From: an uncultured Patescibacteria group bacterium
Lineage (GTDB): Bacteria > Patescibacteriota > Microgenomatia > UBA1400 > PJMF01
Assembly: GCA_905478415.1 (NCBI GenBank)
Contig: CAJQIG010000004.1
Span: forward strand, 139,523 to 203,522
DNA: 64,000 nt
Reading direction: 5' to 3'
The notes below the pieces were generated by a model. That model was not told the DNA's origin, did no database searches, and worked only from the letters and a program-made list of their open reading frames with translations. A program made the translations under genes and the position numbers. Numbering within the stretch: position 1 is the stretch's first letter; the number at the start of each line of letters is the position of its first letter. Shown piece by piece: positions 48,952 to 57,890 of the stretch.

Positions 48952-49961
48952 TGTTTTTCCTGCAATTGTAATTCTTCAACTTGAGCTTCTAACGCTGCAA
49001 TCTTGCTTGCTGCTTTTTCTTCAACTGCACTAATTTCTGCCATAATTGAATCAAACTCTACCTGGGCTTGATTATCATATTCAGTTGCTTCCAACAGGTA
49101 GGCAGAATAATCTCTTTCACCTTCTAAACGATATGTTGCCGCGTCACTTAAAGCTGATCGGGCATCTTGCCGCTTGCTAGTTGCCTTACTGGCTTTTCCT
49201 TGCCTTTCAGCTGCAACAGCCTCGGCCTCTTTCTGACGCGCTTTTGCTTCCTTTGCTTGAGCTTTCTTTTCTTTGGCCTCACGTTTTTCGATTGCTTTTG
49301 CTCTTTTTTCCTTTGCTTTTTGAGTATATTTCTCTTTTTTCTCAATAGCTTTTTCTTTTTTCTGGTTAGATTTTTCAACTTTCTTTGCTTTTTCCTTGGG
49401 AATGAGGATTGTTTGAATGTACTCAATTTTTTCTTGAACACTCATCCCAGCCGGAGTCTCCACCTGAATTGAAAGATGTTCAGAAGTAATGCTAATGTTT
49501 TTTCTTGGAGGTAAAAACACTATAATTTTAGGATGTGAACTACTTTCTTTAGAACCCGAACGTATCTCAATAGGACCCATTTCAGAACCGCCAGATAATG
49601 ATATTGACCCACCACTTCCTGATACATTTGAAATCTGAATCCCTGCAGATCCACTAAATGAAATTTGATTCGACCCTGACAACGCTTTAGCAACTTGATA
49701 AGACAAAACACTTGACCCAAAATTCACAAACAGAGTGTCGCCTTCTAGAGTATAGGTGGGTTCACCATTTTCTACACTAACGCTGTTTATCTTATTTGGA
49801 TTAGAATCAACACTCAACTCAAATGACGGGGCCCCAGACAAAATAATATTATTTACCCTATTTAAAGCCTCCGAGTTTGGTGCTTGTTCTGAACCATTTG
49901 CACCTTCATCTTTGGAAATCCTAAATTCTTGAGCCGTGCTATCAGTAAGTGTTTCTACCAT
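48948..49961 (-). CDS. DUF4097-like beta-helix (putative adhesin) protein with K/E-rich charged coiled-coil tail
   Basis: repetitive SGS-rich beta-strand segments; KEKAKK...EKREAKEKKAQAKEAKARQKE tail. Confidence 0.45.
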   Translation of the reverse strand: MVETLTDSTAQEFRISKDEGANGSEQAPNSEALNRVNNIILSGAPSFELSVDSNPNKINSVSVENGEPTYTLEGDTLFVNFGSSVLSYQVAKALSGSNQISFSGSAGIQISNVSGSGGSISLSGGSEMGPIEIRSGSKESSSHPKIIVFLPPRKNISITSEHLSIQVETPAGMSVQEKIEYIQTILIPKEKAKKVEKSNQKKEKAIEKKEKYTQKAKEKRAKAIEKREAKEKKAQAKEAKARQKEAEAVAAERQGKASKATSKRQDARSALSDAATYRLEGERDYSAYLLEATEYDNQAQVEFDSIMAEISAVEEKAASKIAALEAQVEELQLQEKQ

Positions 49962-50038
49962 ATACTTCTATTTCCATAACTTATTTTGAATACCCATTAT
50001 ATCATTTTCTACACTAAACCTCAGAAATATACGGTAGA

Positions 50039-51811
50039 ATGACTTCCATGACTAAGCCAAACATCGATCTCACCCAAGCAAAAAAGGCCCTAAAAAAATA
50101 CTTTGGCTACGACTCTTTTCACCCAACACAGGAAGAGGCTATCTCAGCAGTGTTAGCAGGTAAGGACACCTTTGTCCTCATGCCTACTGGCGGTGGAAAA
50201 TCCATGTGCTACCAAATTCCTGCACTGCTTTTAGAAGGCACTACCATTGTGGTCTCACCCTTAATTGCCTTAATGAAAGATCAAGTCGATGGCCTTAAGG
50301 CCAACGGTATTGCGGCAGAGTTCTTAAATAGTAGTTTAGACTTGCATGAACAAAATGAAATTGTCGAAGCACTCTTGGAAGGAAACATTCAGATTCTCTA
50401 CGTTTCTGCCGAACGACTTGTCTCCCCCGATTTTATTAAACTGTTGAAAAAGATCACTCCCAATTTATTCGCTATTGACGAAGCACATTGTATTTCTTCT
50501 TGGGGACACGATTTTCGTCCCGACTATACGAAACTTTCACATCTCAAAACGTTGTATCCAAAAATTCCCATTATTGCTCTCACAGCCACCGCGGACCAAA
50601 CGACTCGCCGTGATATTTTAGCGCAACTCGAACTTGACGAACCACAAGAGTTTGTTGATTCATTTGATCGACCCAATATTTCCCTCACTGTTCTTCCGGG
50701 AAGAAAACGAATGGAAAAAATTAAAGATTTTCTGCATGATAAACCCATGCAATCAGGCATCATTTACTGCTTAACACGTAAACAAACAGAGAGCCTTGCC
50801 CAAAAGCTGCAACAGTTGGGACTTAATGCGGCTAGCTATCATGCAGGGCTTAAATCGGCAGAACGATCCAGAATTCAAAAAAGTTTTGTGCGCGATAAAA
50901 CCCAAATTATTTGTGCCACCATTGCCTTTGGCATGGGCATCGATAAATCAAATGTTCGCTGGATCATTCACTATAATTTGCCCAAAAATATTGAGGGTTA
51001 CTATCAAGAATTTGGCCGGGCAGGACGAGACTCTGCCCCAGCTCAAGCGCTCCTGTTCTATACCTTTGCAGATGTCGAGATGATTAAACGCTTTTTTATT
51101 GACACCACCCAAGGTAGCCTCCAGTTAGCAAAGCTCGATCGAATTAAGGAATACGCCGAAGGGGTCATTTGTCGCAGACAAATTTTGCTCCGCTACTTTG
51201 ACGAATCGTATGAAAAAGAATGTGGCAACTGTGATATCTGCGCCAATCCATTCCCGACTCTTAACGGTACCGCTATTACTCAAAAAGCACTTGAAACCCT
51301 TCAAAAAATGACAAACCCAACCACTCAAGATTTAGTCAATGCACTTATACCCAGCAGCAACAAGGTCAGTTTTGCTTCGTGGCATTTTTACCTTGCTCAA
51401 CTAAAAAATCTTGGACTAATCCGAGTTGATTTTAGTGCAAACCAAACCTTAACCATCACTCCAAAAGGAAAAAAAGTACTTTCAAAAAAAGCAAAGGTCA
51501 AACTAGTACTGCTTGATACTTTTATCGAACGACAAGAAAAAGCCAGCAAAACCACAAAGTCGTATACAAAAAACAAAGTTGCTAAAGATTACTACGAGAA
51601 TGAATTGTTCGATAAACTTAAAGAAATTCGAGCCAAGTTTGCCAAAAAAAACTCTCTCGCTGCATATATGGTTTTTAGTGATAAAACCTTGTTAGAAATG
51701 GCAAACGAAAAACCTAAAAATAAAGCTGAAATGCTGAACGTTTCTGGTGTTGGAGAAGTAAAGTGGGAACGGTATGGGCAAGACTTTTTAGATATTATCC
51801 TGCATGAATAA
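50039..51811 (+). CDS. recQ: ATP-dependent DNA helicase RecQ (with RQC and HRDC domains)
   Basis: helicase motifs MPTGGGKS, DEAH, zinc-binding CGNCDIC, C-terminal HRDC. Confidence 0.9.
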   Translation: MTSMTKPNIDLTQAKKALKKYFGYDSFHPTQEEAISAVLAGKDTFVLMPTGGGKSMCYQIPALLLEGTTIVVSPLIALMKDQVDGLKANGIAAEFLNSSLDLHEQNEIVEALLEGNIQILYVSAERLVSPDFIKLLKKITPNLFAIDEAHCISSWGHDFRPDYTKLSHLKTLYPKIPIIALTATADQTTRRDILAQLELDEPQEFVDSFDRPNISLTVLPGRKRMEKIKDFLHDKPMQSGIIYCLTRKQTESLAQKLQQLGLNAASYHAGLKSAERSRIQKSFVRDKTQIICATIAFGMGIDKSNVRWIIHYNLPKNIEGYYQEFGRAGRDSAPAQALLFYTFADVEMIKRFFIDTTQGSLQLAKLDRIKEYAEGVICRRQILLRYFDESYEKECGNCDICANPFPTLNGTAITQKALETLQKMTNPTTQDLVNALIPSSNKVSFASWHFYLAQLKNLGLIRVDFSANQTLTITPKGKKVLSKKAKVKLVLLDTFIERQEKASKTTKSYTKNKVAKDYYENELFDKLKEIRAKFAKKNSLAAYMVFSDKTLLEMANEKPKNKAEMLNVSGVGEVKWERYGQDFLDIILHE

Positions 51812-52289
51812 GCTGAGTTCTCTCGAGCATGTACCTAACTGGTACAAACGAGCCACTGGAAGTTTTAACTTCACAGGTAAAATCAAGCTTTTTTCTATCC
51901 GAAGTTTGAAACTCTCCACCATAGGCCCTGTAACGCGCACTATTATAATGCATACCATTTGAGATTCTCATTTTATACAAGTTAAACACTTCTCTGAGTC
52001 CCGAAATATGAATCGTCTCATGGGTCATAGTGATCTCACTGCCTTCCTGAGTTGAAGATCGACGAATATTCATCACACACGAAAGACCTCCACCTGAGCG
52101 CATAATCTGAACTTTGAGTTCTCTTCTGTCATTACTTTCACGAACATTAGTTAAATCATAACTATGAGAGACATACTCACCATCGCGTCGGTACTCTACT
52201 CGCATCACACATTTAGAGATAGCAGAACTTTCGTAGCTATTCCAAACATATCCAGCTAGGGCGAGGGCGCACATTGAGTGAGGTTGCAT
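51795..52289 (-). CDS. hypothetical protein
   Basis: ORF only. Confidence 0.35.
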   Translation of the reverse strand: MQPHSMCALALAGYVWNSYESSAISKCVMRVEYRRDGEYVSHSYDLTNVRESNDRRELKVQIMRSGGGLSCVMNIRRSSTQEGSEITMTHETIHISGLREVFNLYKMRISNGMHYNSARYRAYGGEFQTSDRKKLDFTCEVKTSSGSFVPVRYMLERTQLIHAG

Positions 52290-52347
52290 AAGTACCTGAG
52301 ATTATACCATTAGCAAAAAATATAAAATACGTTACACTCTTACAAAG

Positions 52348-54354
52348 ATGTTTGCCTTCTTATCAAAAAAGCACAACTTTGGTTTTGTATTTTTTCTACT
52401 GTTGTGGAGTTTTTCAAGCCACGGCACTCTAGCTGCTTCTGAAATTCCTCACCGAACTATTATTAGCAACCAAGTAAGAGGAACAGAGTGTTGTAGCCCG
52501 GGCAGTAAAGAATATTTTGAACAACAACAAGCCACCCTTTCTAAGTTCTCGTTAGGTGCAACTTTTACCCTGCGCTATGACGCCCTGATAGACCAATCTT
52601 TTATAGAACAAGCCCACCGCTATCCAGAGTTTGAGTATGGTGGCTTACTAGAGGTAACCCCCTCTCTTGCCCAAGCAGCAGAAGTCCCATACCTAGGCAG
52701 TGAAGAACAGTGGTATGAGGCTCAGTATGTGTTCTTAGTTGGCTATTCAAAACCAGAAAGAAAACAATTAATTGATACCTACATGGAACAATTCTTAGAA
52801 GTTTTTGGGACCTATCCCAGGACAACCACTGCTTGGATGATCGATCCCATCTCGTTGGCGTACTTAAAGGAAAAGTACGGTGCTCAAGTGCATCAAATTA
52901 CCCGGGAACAGTTTGGAACAGATTCGTATACATTGTATGGGGGTCCTCCCCACTATCCCTATTGGCCAAGCACTAACTGGGCATTAGTCCCTGCCGCAGA
53001 TGACCTTCGAAAAACACCCTTGATTATCCGACAAACCATCACTGACCCTGTCTTTAACTATGGAGACCAAACCAATTCGTATACTTCACAGCCAAATGAC
53101 TACCTATTGAGAAATGATACTACAACATACTTTACGCACCTTTTTGAACAAGCCCATACCCAAGAGGCACTCAACGGGTACACCTTTGCCCTCATCGGAC
53201 TAGAAAACTCGCTCCCAGAAAATGTACAACAAGAATATATTCGGCAACTCAACTATGTCAAAGAGTGGAAAGACAAGAGCCCACAAAATACTGTCAACTC
53301 AACAGCTACTTTTACCGATTGGCTCACAGATCAAAACTTTGCACCTCTCACAGTCTACTCAGGCAGTGGCATCAAAGATGCTACTGAGAAAGCTTGGTGG
53401 ATCACAACCCAACAATACCGAGCGCGTGTCCGTTTGTCTAACCGAACCCTAGTCATCTCAGACCTGCGAATTTTCGACTCAAACTTTACTGACCCCTACC
53501 TCTCTCAAAGAGCTCATAGCCTCGGTTGGTGGATTGTACCCTTTGCTCTTGATGGGTCTCGTAACACCACTACTCAAGAAGGACTGGCTGCTCGCAATGA
53601 TATTTTAAAAGATCGACCCACCTCTTTTTTTGAACCAAACTTCTGGATTGTAGCCACTAACATTCAAGACATAGAAACAAGCTTTCAAAATGGCACCTAT
53701 ACTTTCCTTGAAAAAGGAACACCCTTGCTCAGCTTTTCTGAAAGAAATGTGAGGGTAACAAGCACTCAGACACTTCCCAACCAAAGTCAGCCTTTATCAA
53801 AATTGAAATGGGAAAAAAATGCTTGGGGGTTTGAACAGAACGATGTTCAATTCGCACCATTTTCAGAATCACTCTTTTTGGGAAGAGCAAGAAAAAAACA
53901 CGCTGATCTTTTATTCCCAGAGGTGCAGGTTGCCCCACCAGCTGAGCAAACGACTGGACTCTACATCAACAATCAGTATGCTATTGCAGATAGAAACCCG
54001 TCTAGGCTCGTACTCTTTCCTAGAGATGAGGATCAGAAATCAGTACTACTATCTAGTCCACCACAAGTCACAACCAGCAGTCAAGATATTGCTGTGACTG
54101 TAGCTAGAGCCCATGGCAGTAACGGCATGATATTTATTGATTTAGAGAGTGATCAACCTCAAACAGGCACCGTAACCATACAAGTAGCTGACTTCGAAAA
54201 AGTAGCCCAAGTATATTTCGCTCCCCACTGTTCTAGTATTCCACAGTACTGCCTCACGCACCCAAAAGAATCATACTGGTTTTTACGATCGTACATTGAT
54301 GACAAGTTGCGATTGGTGAATGAAAAGAAACAACGTGCAGAACAAACTTTGTAA
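52348..54354 (+). CDS. large secreted hypothetical protein
   Basis: signal peptide; 668 aa. Confidence 0.5.
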   Translation: MFAFLSKKHNFGFVFFLLLWSFSSHGTLAASEIPHRTIISNQVRGTECCSPGSKEYFEQQQATLSKFSLGATFTLRYDALIDQSFIEQAHRYPEFEYGGLLEVTPSLAQAAEVPYLGSEEQWYEAQYVFLVGYSKPERKQLIDTYMEQFLEVFGTYPRTTTAWMIDPISLAYLKEKYGAQVHQITREQFGTDSYTLYGGPPHYPYWPSTNWALVPAADDLRKTPLIIRQTITDPVFNYGDQTNSYTSQPNDYLLRNDTTTYFTHLFEQAHTQEALNGYTFALIGLENSLPENVQQEYIRQLNYVKEWKDKSPQNTVNSTATFTDWLTDQNFAPLTVYSGSGIKDATEKAWWITTQQYRARVRLSNRTLVISDLRIFDSNFTDPYLSQRAHSLGWWIVPFALDGSRNTTTQEGLAARNDILKDRPTSFFEPNFWIVATNIQDIETSFQNGTYTFLEKGTPLLSFSERNVRVTSTQTLPNQSQPLSKLKWEKNAWGFEQNDVQFAPFSESLFLGRARKKHADLLFPEVQVAPPAEQTTGLYINNQYAIADRNPSRLVLFPRDEDQKSVLLSSPPQVTTSSQDIAVTVARAHGSNGMIFIDLESDQPQTGTVTIQVADFEKVAQVYFAPHCSSIPQYCLTHPKESYWFLRSYIDDKLRLVNEKKQRAEQTL

Positions 54355-54463
54355 AATTGGAACTTTAGTTAGGTAGGAAGTTCATAACTCTTTACTCAGC
54401 TTAGTTTTTGCTAAAAACTAAACACTTGCTTTACTTTCATATTTATGCTAGTATAAATATACT

Positions 54464-54691
54464 ATGATAGAAATGAATGAATTTAAAAATACTGTTGGTG
54501 TAAATATTAAAAGTGTAAGAAAAATGCTCAATATTTCTCAAGAGGATCTTGCAAATAAAGCATGTGTTAAATATTCAAACTTAGTTAAAATTGAAAATTC
54601 AATAATAATAAAACCATCTGTTTATACAGTTTACCGTATCGCAAAAGCATTAGATACATCTGTAGAACATCTTATTGAGAAAAGAGATTAA
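54464..54691 (+). CDS. XRE-family HTH transcriptional regulator (islet)
   Basis: ISQEDLANKACVKYSNLVKIENS. Confidence 0.65.
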   Translation: MIEMNEFKNTVGVNIKSVRKMLNISQEDLANKACVKYSNLVKIENSIIIKPSVYTVYRIAKALDTSVEHLIEKRD

Positions 54692-54694
54692 AAT

Positions 54695-55039
54695 ATGAAT
54701 TATAAGAATAAAATACTAATGAAAATATACTCTGTTTTTCCTTTTGATCTATTTCCAGATACAATTTCCTTACAAAAAGATAAAATTGATATTACGCACA
54801 GACCTTTCTTTTTTACGAAAGAAGTATTCACTGTCTTTATCAATGATATTAGAACAATTAGAATTACTAGTGGTCCATTCTTTGCAACACTATCTTTTGA
54901 ACTAAAAGGTATGATGGAAAAACAAAATCCAGAACCAATTAGTTTTTTGAGAAAAAAAAGTGCACAAAAAATAAGAAAAATGGCTCTTAATCTTTGCGTA
55001 AGTCAATCTAAGAAAAAAAAGAAAAATTCCAAAAATTAG
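54695..55039 (+). CDS. small hypothetical protein
   Basis: ORF adjacent to regulator; AT-rich. Confidence 0.35.
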   Translation: MNYKNKILMKIYSVFPFDLFPDTISLQKDKIDITHRPFFFTKEVFTVFINDIRTIRITSGPFFATLSFELKGMMEKQNPEPISFLRKKSAQKIRKMALNLCVSQSKKKKKNSKN

Positions 55040-55086
55040 TAGAAATATTCTGAGTTATAAACTTAGTTATTATCTATATTTATATT

Positions 55087-55116
55087 ATGCGGAGAGCATG
55101 GGGTGAAATTGGAAAT
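55087..55116. repeat. degenerate tRNA-3'-end-like att relic (atgcggagagcatggggtgaaattggaaat)
   Basis: near-identical to 15799..15828 and inverted at 57639..57669. Confidence 0.6.
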
Positions 55117-55126
55117 TTAGTTAGTA

Positions 55127-55486
55127 TTAAACTAATAACTGAATAAAAACCATTACAATTTTCCATAAGAAATATAATCCTGTTGATAGTCCCAGGAATC
55201 TTCTCCAATTATTAACACCATAAAAAAGCTCTAGATACGACCAGTAAAGCATGGCTATAGCAACACCCCAGAAACTCACTGATATTAAAAAATCATTTTT
55301 TATAAATCCTAAGAGATAGAAAAAAATCGCTAGCCAGAGAGGTTGATTGGGAAATTGGCCAATGACTATTTTCCCCTGAGGTGTTTTGAAGGGGTTGTTC
55401 ATAAAAAATATTCTTTTTAAATTGTATAGATTTAGAATTAGTATATCACTTGTAAATAAGCATGAAATTTTTAAAAATAGATGCAT
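55127..55486 (-). CDS. small membrane protein
   Basis: 3-4 TM helices. Confidence 0.4.
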   Translation of the reverse strand: MHLFLKISCLFTSDILILNLYNLKRIFFMNNPFKTPQGKIVIGQFPNQPLWLAIFFYLLGFIKNDFLISVSFWGVAIAMLYWSYLELFYGVNNWRRFLGLSTGLYFLWKIVMVFIQLLV

Positions 55487-55632
55487 TAATTGATGGAATA
55501 CAAAATCATCAAATTAAACTCGTTTCAGAACACTCATATGACTTGAGAGTTGTTTCAAATGATGATCACAAAACTTACATTGCATTTTGTAAAAAACATT
55601 TGAAGATAACTTATTTATCTCAAAATTAATTT

Positions 55633-55808
55633 GCGGAGAGCGAGGGATTCACGACTCGCTACTATTTATATCTACTTATGGAAGCTCGCATGCACTAAGC
55701 AGGTGTTTCGCAGGTGCTCAACACTTGCTGGCGCGAACAATCTTCTGCATACCAAACCACACCCCGATATACAAAAAAATGAGCTATTAGCTCATTTTCT
55801 TGTATATG
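55633..55808. repeat. ~200-bp dispersed repeat, copy 2: 23-nt direct copy of tRNA-Ser(TGA) 3' end (55633..55660) plus spacer with hairpin, abutting the real tRNA
   Basis: tgcggagagcgagggattcacgactcgc vs tRNA end gcggagagcgagggattcgaaccc. Confidence 0.7.
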
Positions 55809-55891
55809 CGGAGAGCGAGGGATTCGAACCCACGGGCCCCGAAAGGCGCGGTTTTCAAGACCGATGCAATTGACCACTCTGCCAGCTCTCC
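55809..55891 (-). tRNA. tRNA-Ser (anticodon UGA), no encoded CCA
   Basis: anticodon loop CTTGAAA; long variable arm; T-arm GGGTTCGAATCCC. Confidence 0.8.
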
Positions 55892-55985
55892 ATGTTGTAT
55901 GTTACTGGTTTGTTTTTTATTCTGGTACAAACACTAACCAGGTAGCCATTATATACTGACTTGCCTACTTTTTCGAGCAGAAAAT

Positions 55986-56732
55986 ATGGTGTACACTAGA
56001 TACATGAATCAAGATGTGACTACTCCGGTAACGCCACCAGCTCCTGAACAAACTGTGTTTCAACAACCAACCAGTGGTTTTAGCCCTCTCGATCAGACAC
56101 CACCTCCAACAGCTTCTTCCCCACAACAACCAATTCCTGAAGCAAAGACAGAACCAACACAAGCCCAACCATCTCAAGCTGAACTCGAGGCTGCCTATGC
56201 ACAGCTACAGCAAGCCGGAGGATTTTTTCCAGAAGCCATGCGCCCTGTAGCTGAAGAATTAATTTATTCTTGGCAAGCTCCCAGTCGTCCCTTTAAAAAA
56301 CATAATCGCAATTACTACTCGACTGTAGGAGTCATTGTCTTACTTGTCTCACTAATCTTAATTTTTGCAGGTCAGGTCTTACCAATTGCAGTGGTACTGG
56401 CAGTTACCTTTTTGGCATACGTATTGACCTCTATTCCTCCACAAGCTGTCACCTACCAAGTTACAACATATGGCATTCGAATCGAAGATAAACTCTTCTA
56501 CTGGCAACTCATGTCTCGATTTTGGTACACAAAAAAATATGGAGATACACTCCTGAACATTGAAATTTCAGAGTTCCCAGAACGACTCACTCTCGTCCTC
56601 AGAGATGCTAACAAAGATCTTCTCACAGATATTCTCTCTGAATTACTACTCCAGCAACAACCTCCATTCACTCTCTATGAACGAGTTGCCAAGTGGATGC
56701 AAGATAAATTTCCCTTAGACCTCGACTCGTAA
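55986..56732 (+). CDS. Pro/Gln-rich N-terminus, 2-TM hypothetical protein
   Basis: ORF. Confidence 0.45.
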   Translation: MVYTRYMNQDVTTPVTPPAPEQTVFQQPTSGFSPLDQTPPPTASSPQQPIPEAKTEPTQAQPSQAELEAAYAQLQQAGGFFPEAMRPVAEELIYSWQAPSRPFKKHNRNYYSTVGVIVLLVSLILIFAGQVLPIAVVLAVTFLAYVLTSIPPQAVTYQVTTYGIRIEDKLFYWQLMSRFWYTKKYGDTLLNIEISEFPERLTLVLRDANKDLLTDILSELLLQQQPPFTLYERVAKWMQDKFPLDLDS

Positions 56733-56788
56733 TGGTTTTTCTAGAGATACTAAAAAAGCAAAGTCTTTGATATAATGCTCGAGTACAC

Positions 56789-56865
56789 GCGCTCATAGCT
56801 CAGTTGGATAGAGCATCAGTTTGCGGAATTGAAGGTCGCAGGTTCGAGCCCTGCTGAGCGCACCA
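56789..56865 (+). tRNA. tRNA-Arg (anticodon read as GCG), CCA encoded
   Basis: acceptor GCGCTCA/TGAGCGC, anticodon loop TTGCGGA, T-arm GCAGGTTCGAGCCCTGC. Confidence 0.65.
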
Positions 56866-56924
56866 TTTTTCCCACTCGTTCTAAGTTTCAAAAATAACTA
56901 GAATTCATGTTTTTTGAAAAAGGT

Positions 56925-57010
56925 GGAGGGATGTCGGAGTGGTTTAACGGCCAGCTCTCGAAAAGCTTGGGGGACCATGTCCCACGGGGGTTCGAATCCC
57001 CCTCCCTCCG
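56925..57010 (+). tRNA. tRNA-Ser (anticodon CGA)
   Basis: anticodon loop CTCGAAA; long variable arm; T-arm GGGGGTTCGAATCCCCC. Confidence 0.75.
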
Positions 57011-57060
57011 CACATCAAGAGACATAAATTCACTTTGGAACTATGTTGTATACTTAGCTT

Positions 57061-57633
57061 ATGAAATTTATATCAACAGACAAACCTTTTCCTGTATTTT
57101 CCTTAGAAGCAGATCGTGACTACATTCTTTCTAGATTAATTAATTTCTCAGGTAGTGGATTTTCTTCTAGAGCTGGATATTTTGGACAGCAAGCAATAGA
57201 AAAATACTTCAAAGCTCTTATGGTCAGTCAAGATAAAAATTACATAAAAGAACATGACTTAATTGTTTTATCAAAATATTGTTCTAAGTATGATTCAAAA
57301 TTTGGAAAAGAAGAGTTTCTAGAAAAAATTAAAATCTTTGATGATTTTAGAGAAGTTGGCAGATATGGTGGCGAATCATCATACGATCCTCATTCAAAAG
57401 ATGAAAAGTATTTTAAAACAGCTGGTGTTTATAGTTGGACAGGAACAAATATAAAAATACTCGATGAATTAGTAAGTGCCATAAGAATAAAATTAAATTT
57501 TGAAACAATAGGTTTTAGTGATTCATTAAATGAAATTGCTAAGGATAGTAAAAAAGATTTCCTCGCAAATGAATGGAAACTACCTATTAATCTAAAAGAT
57601 ATACTGACAACAGATAATAGTTTTTTTAGTTAA
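57061..57633 (+). CDS. hypothetical protein (possible HEPN-like helical protein) carried on the islet
   Basis: ORF between tRNA and its direct repeat. Confidence 0.35.
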   Translation: MKFISTDKPFPVFSLEADRDYILSRLINFSGSGFSSRAGYFGQQAIEKYFKALMVSQDKNYIKEHDLIVLSKYCSKYDSKFGKEEFLEKIKIFDDFREVGRYGGESSYDPHSKDEKYFKTAGVYSWTGTNIKILDELVSAIRIKLNFETIGFSDSLNEIAKDSKKDFLANEWKLPINLKDILTTDNSFFS

Positions 57634-57638
57634 CTAAA

Positions 57639-57669
57639 GTTCCAATTTCATCCCACGCTCCCCGCATAT
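57639..57669. repeat. inverted copy of the 30-nt att-like relic (identical to 15799..15828 reverse-complemented)
   Basis: gttccaatttcatcccacgctccccgcatat. Confidence 0.7.
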
Positions 57670-57890
57670 GTTTTCAAGCTCACTGTAAGTGGGGTTGTAA
57701 ACATATATGAAGTGGGGATGTCCAGTGCCCGATCAAGCAAACTCATTCAGAATTAGTAATTTGAGCCTGACTAGGGTAAATCCCCCTCCCTCCGCGTATA
57801 CAAATAGTAGCGAATCGCGAATACCTTCACCTCCGCCAATCGAGATACTTTCTTTGCTAGAATTCTCAGGGATAATCACAAGAAAAGCTT

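Larger units (their letters stand above)
57011..57795. mobile_element. small tRNA-Ser(CGA)-linked islet bounded by a 17-nt direct repeat of the tRNA 3' end
   Basis: aatccccctccctccgc at 56994..57010 and 57779..57795; AT-rich content. Confidence 0.4.

Noticed and set aside
49148-49472. Overlapping K-rich and F/L-rich ORFs on both strands
   Set aside because: They are shadow frames of the K/E-rich low-complexity coding region of the 48948..49961 gene.
55631-55877. Two overlapping small ORFs (55631..55873 +, 55695..55877 -)
   Set aside because: They overlap the tRNA-Ser(TGA) gene and its downstream repeat. They are spurious translations of the RNA gene region.
56907-57119. 70-aa ORF on the + strand
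   Set aside because: It is a translation across the tRNA-Ser(CGA) gene. Spurious.
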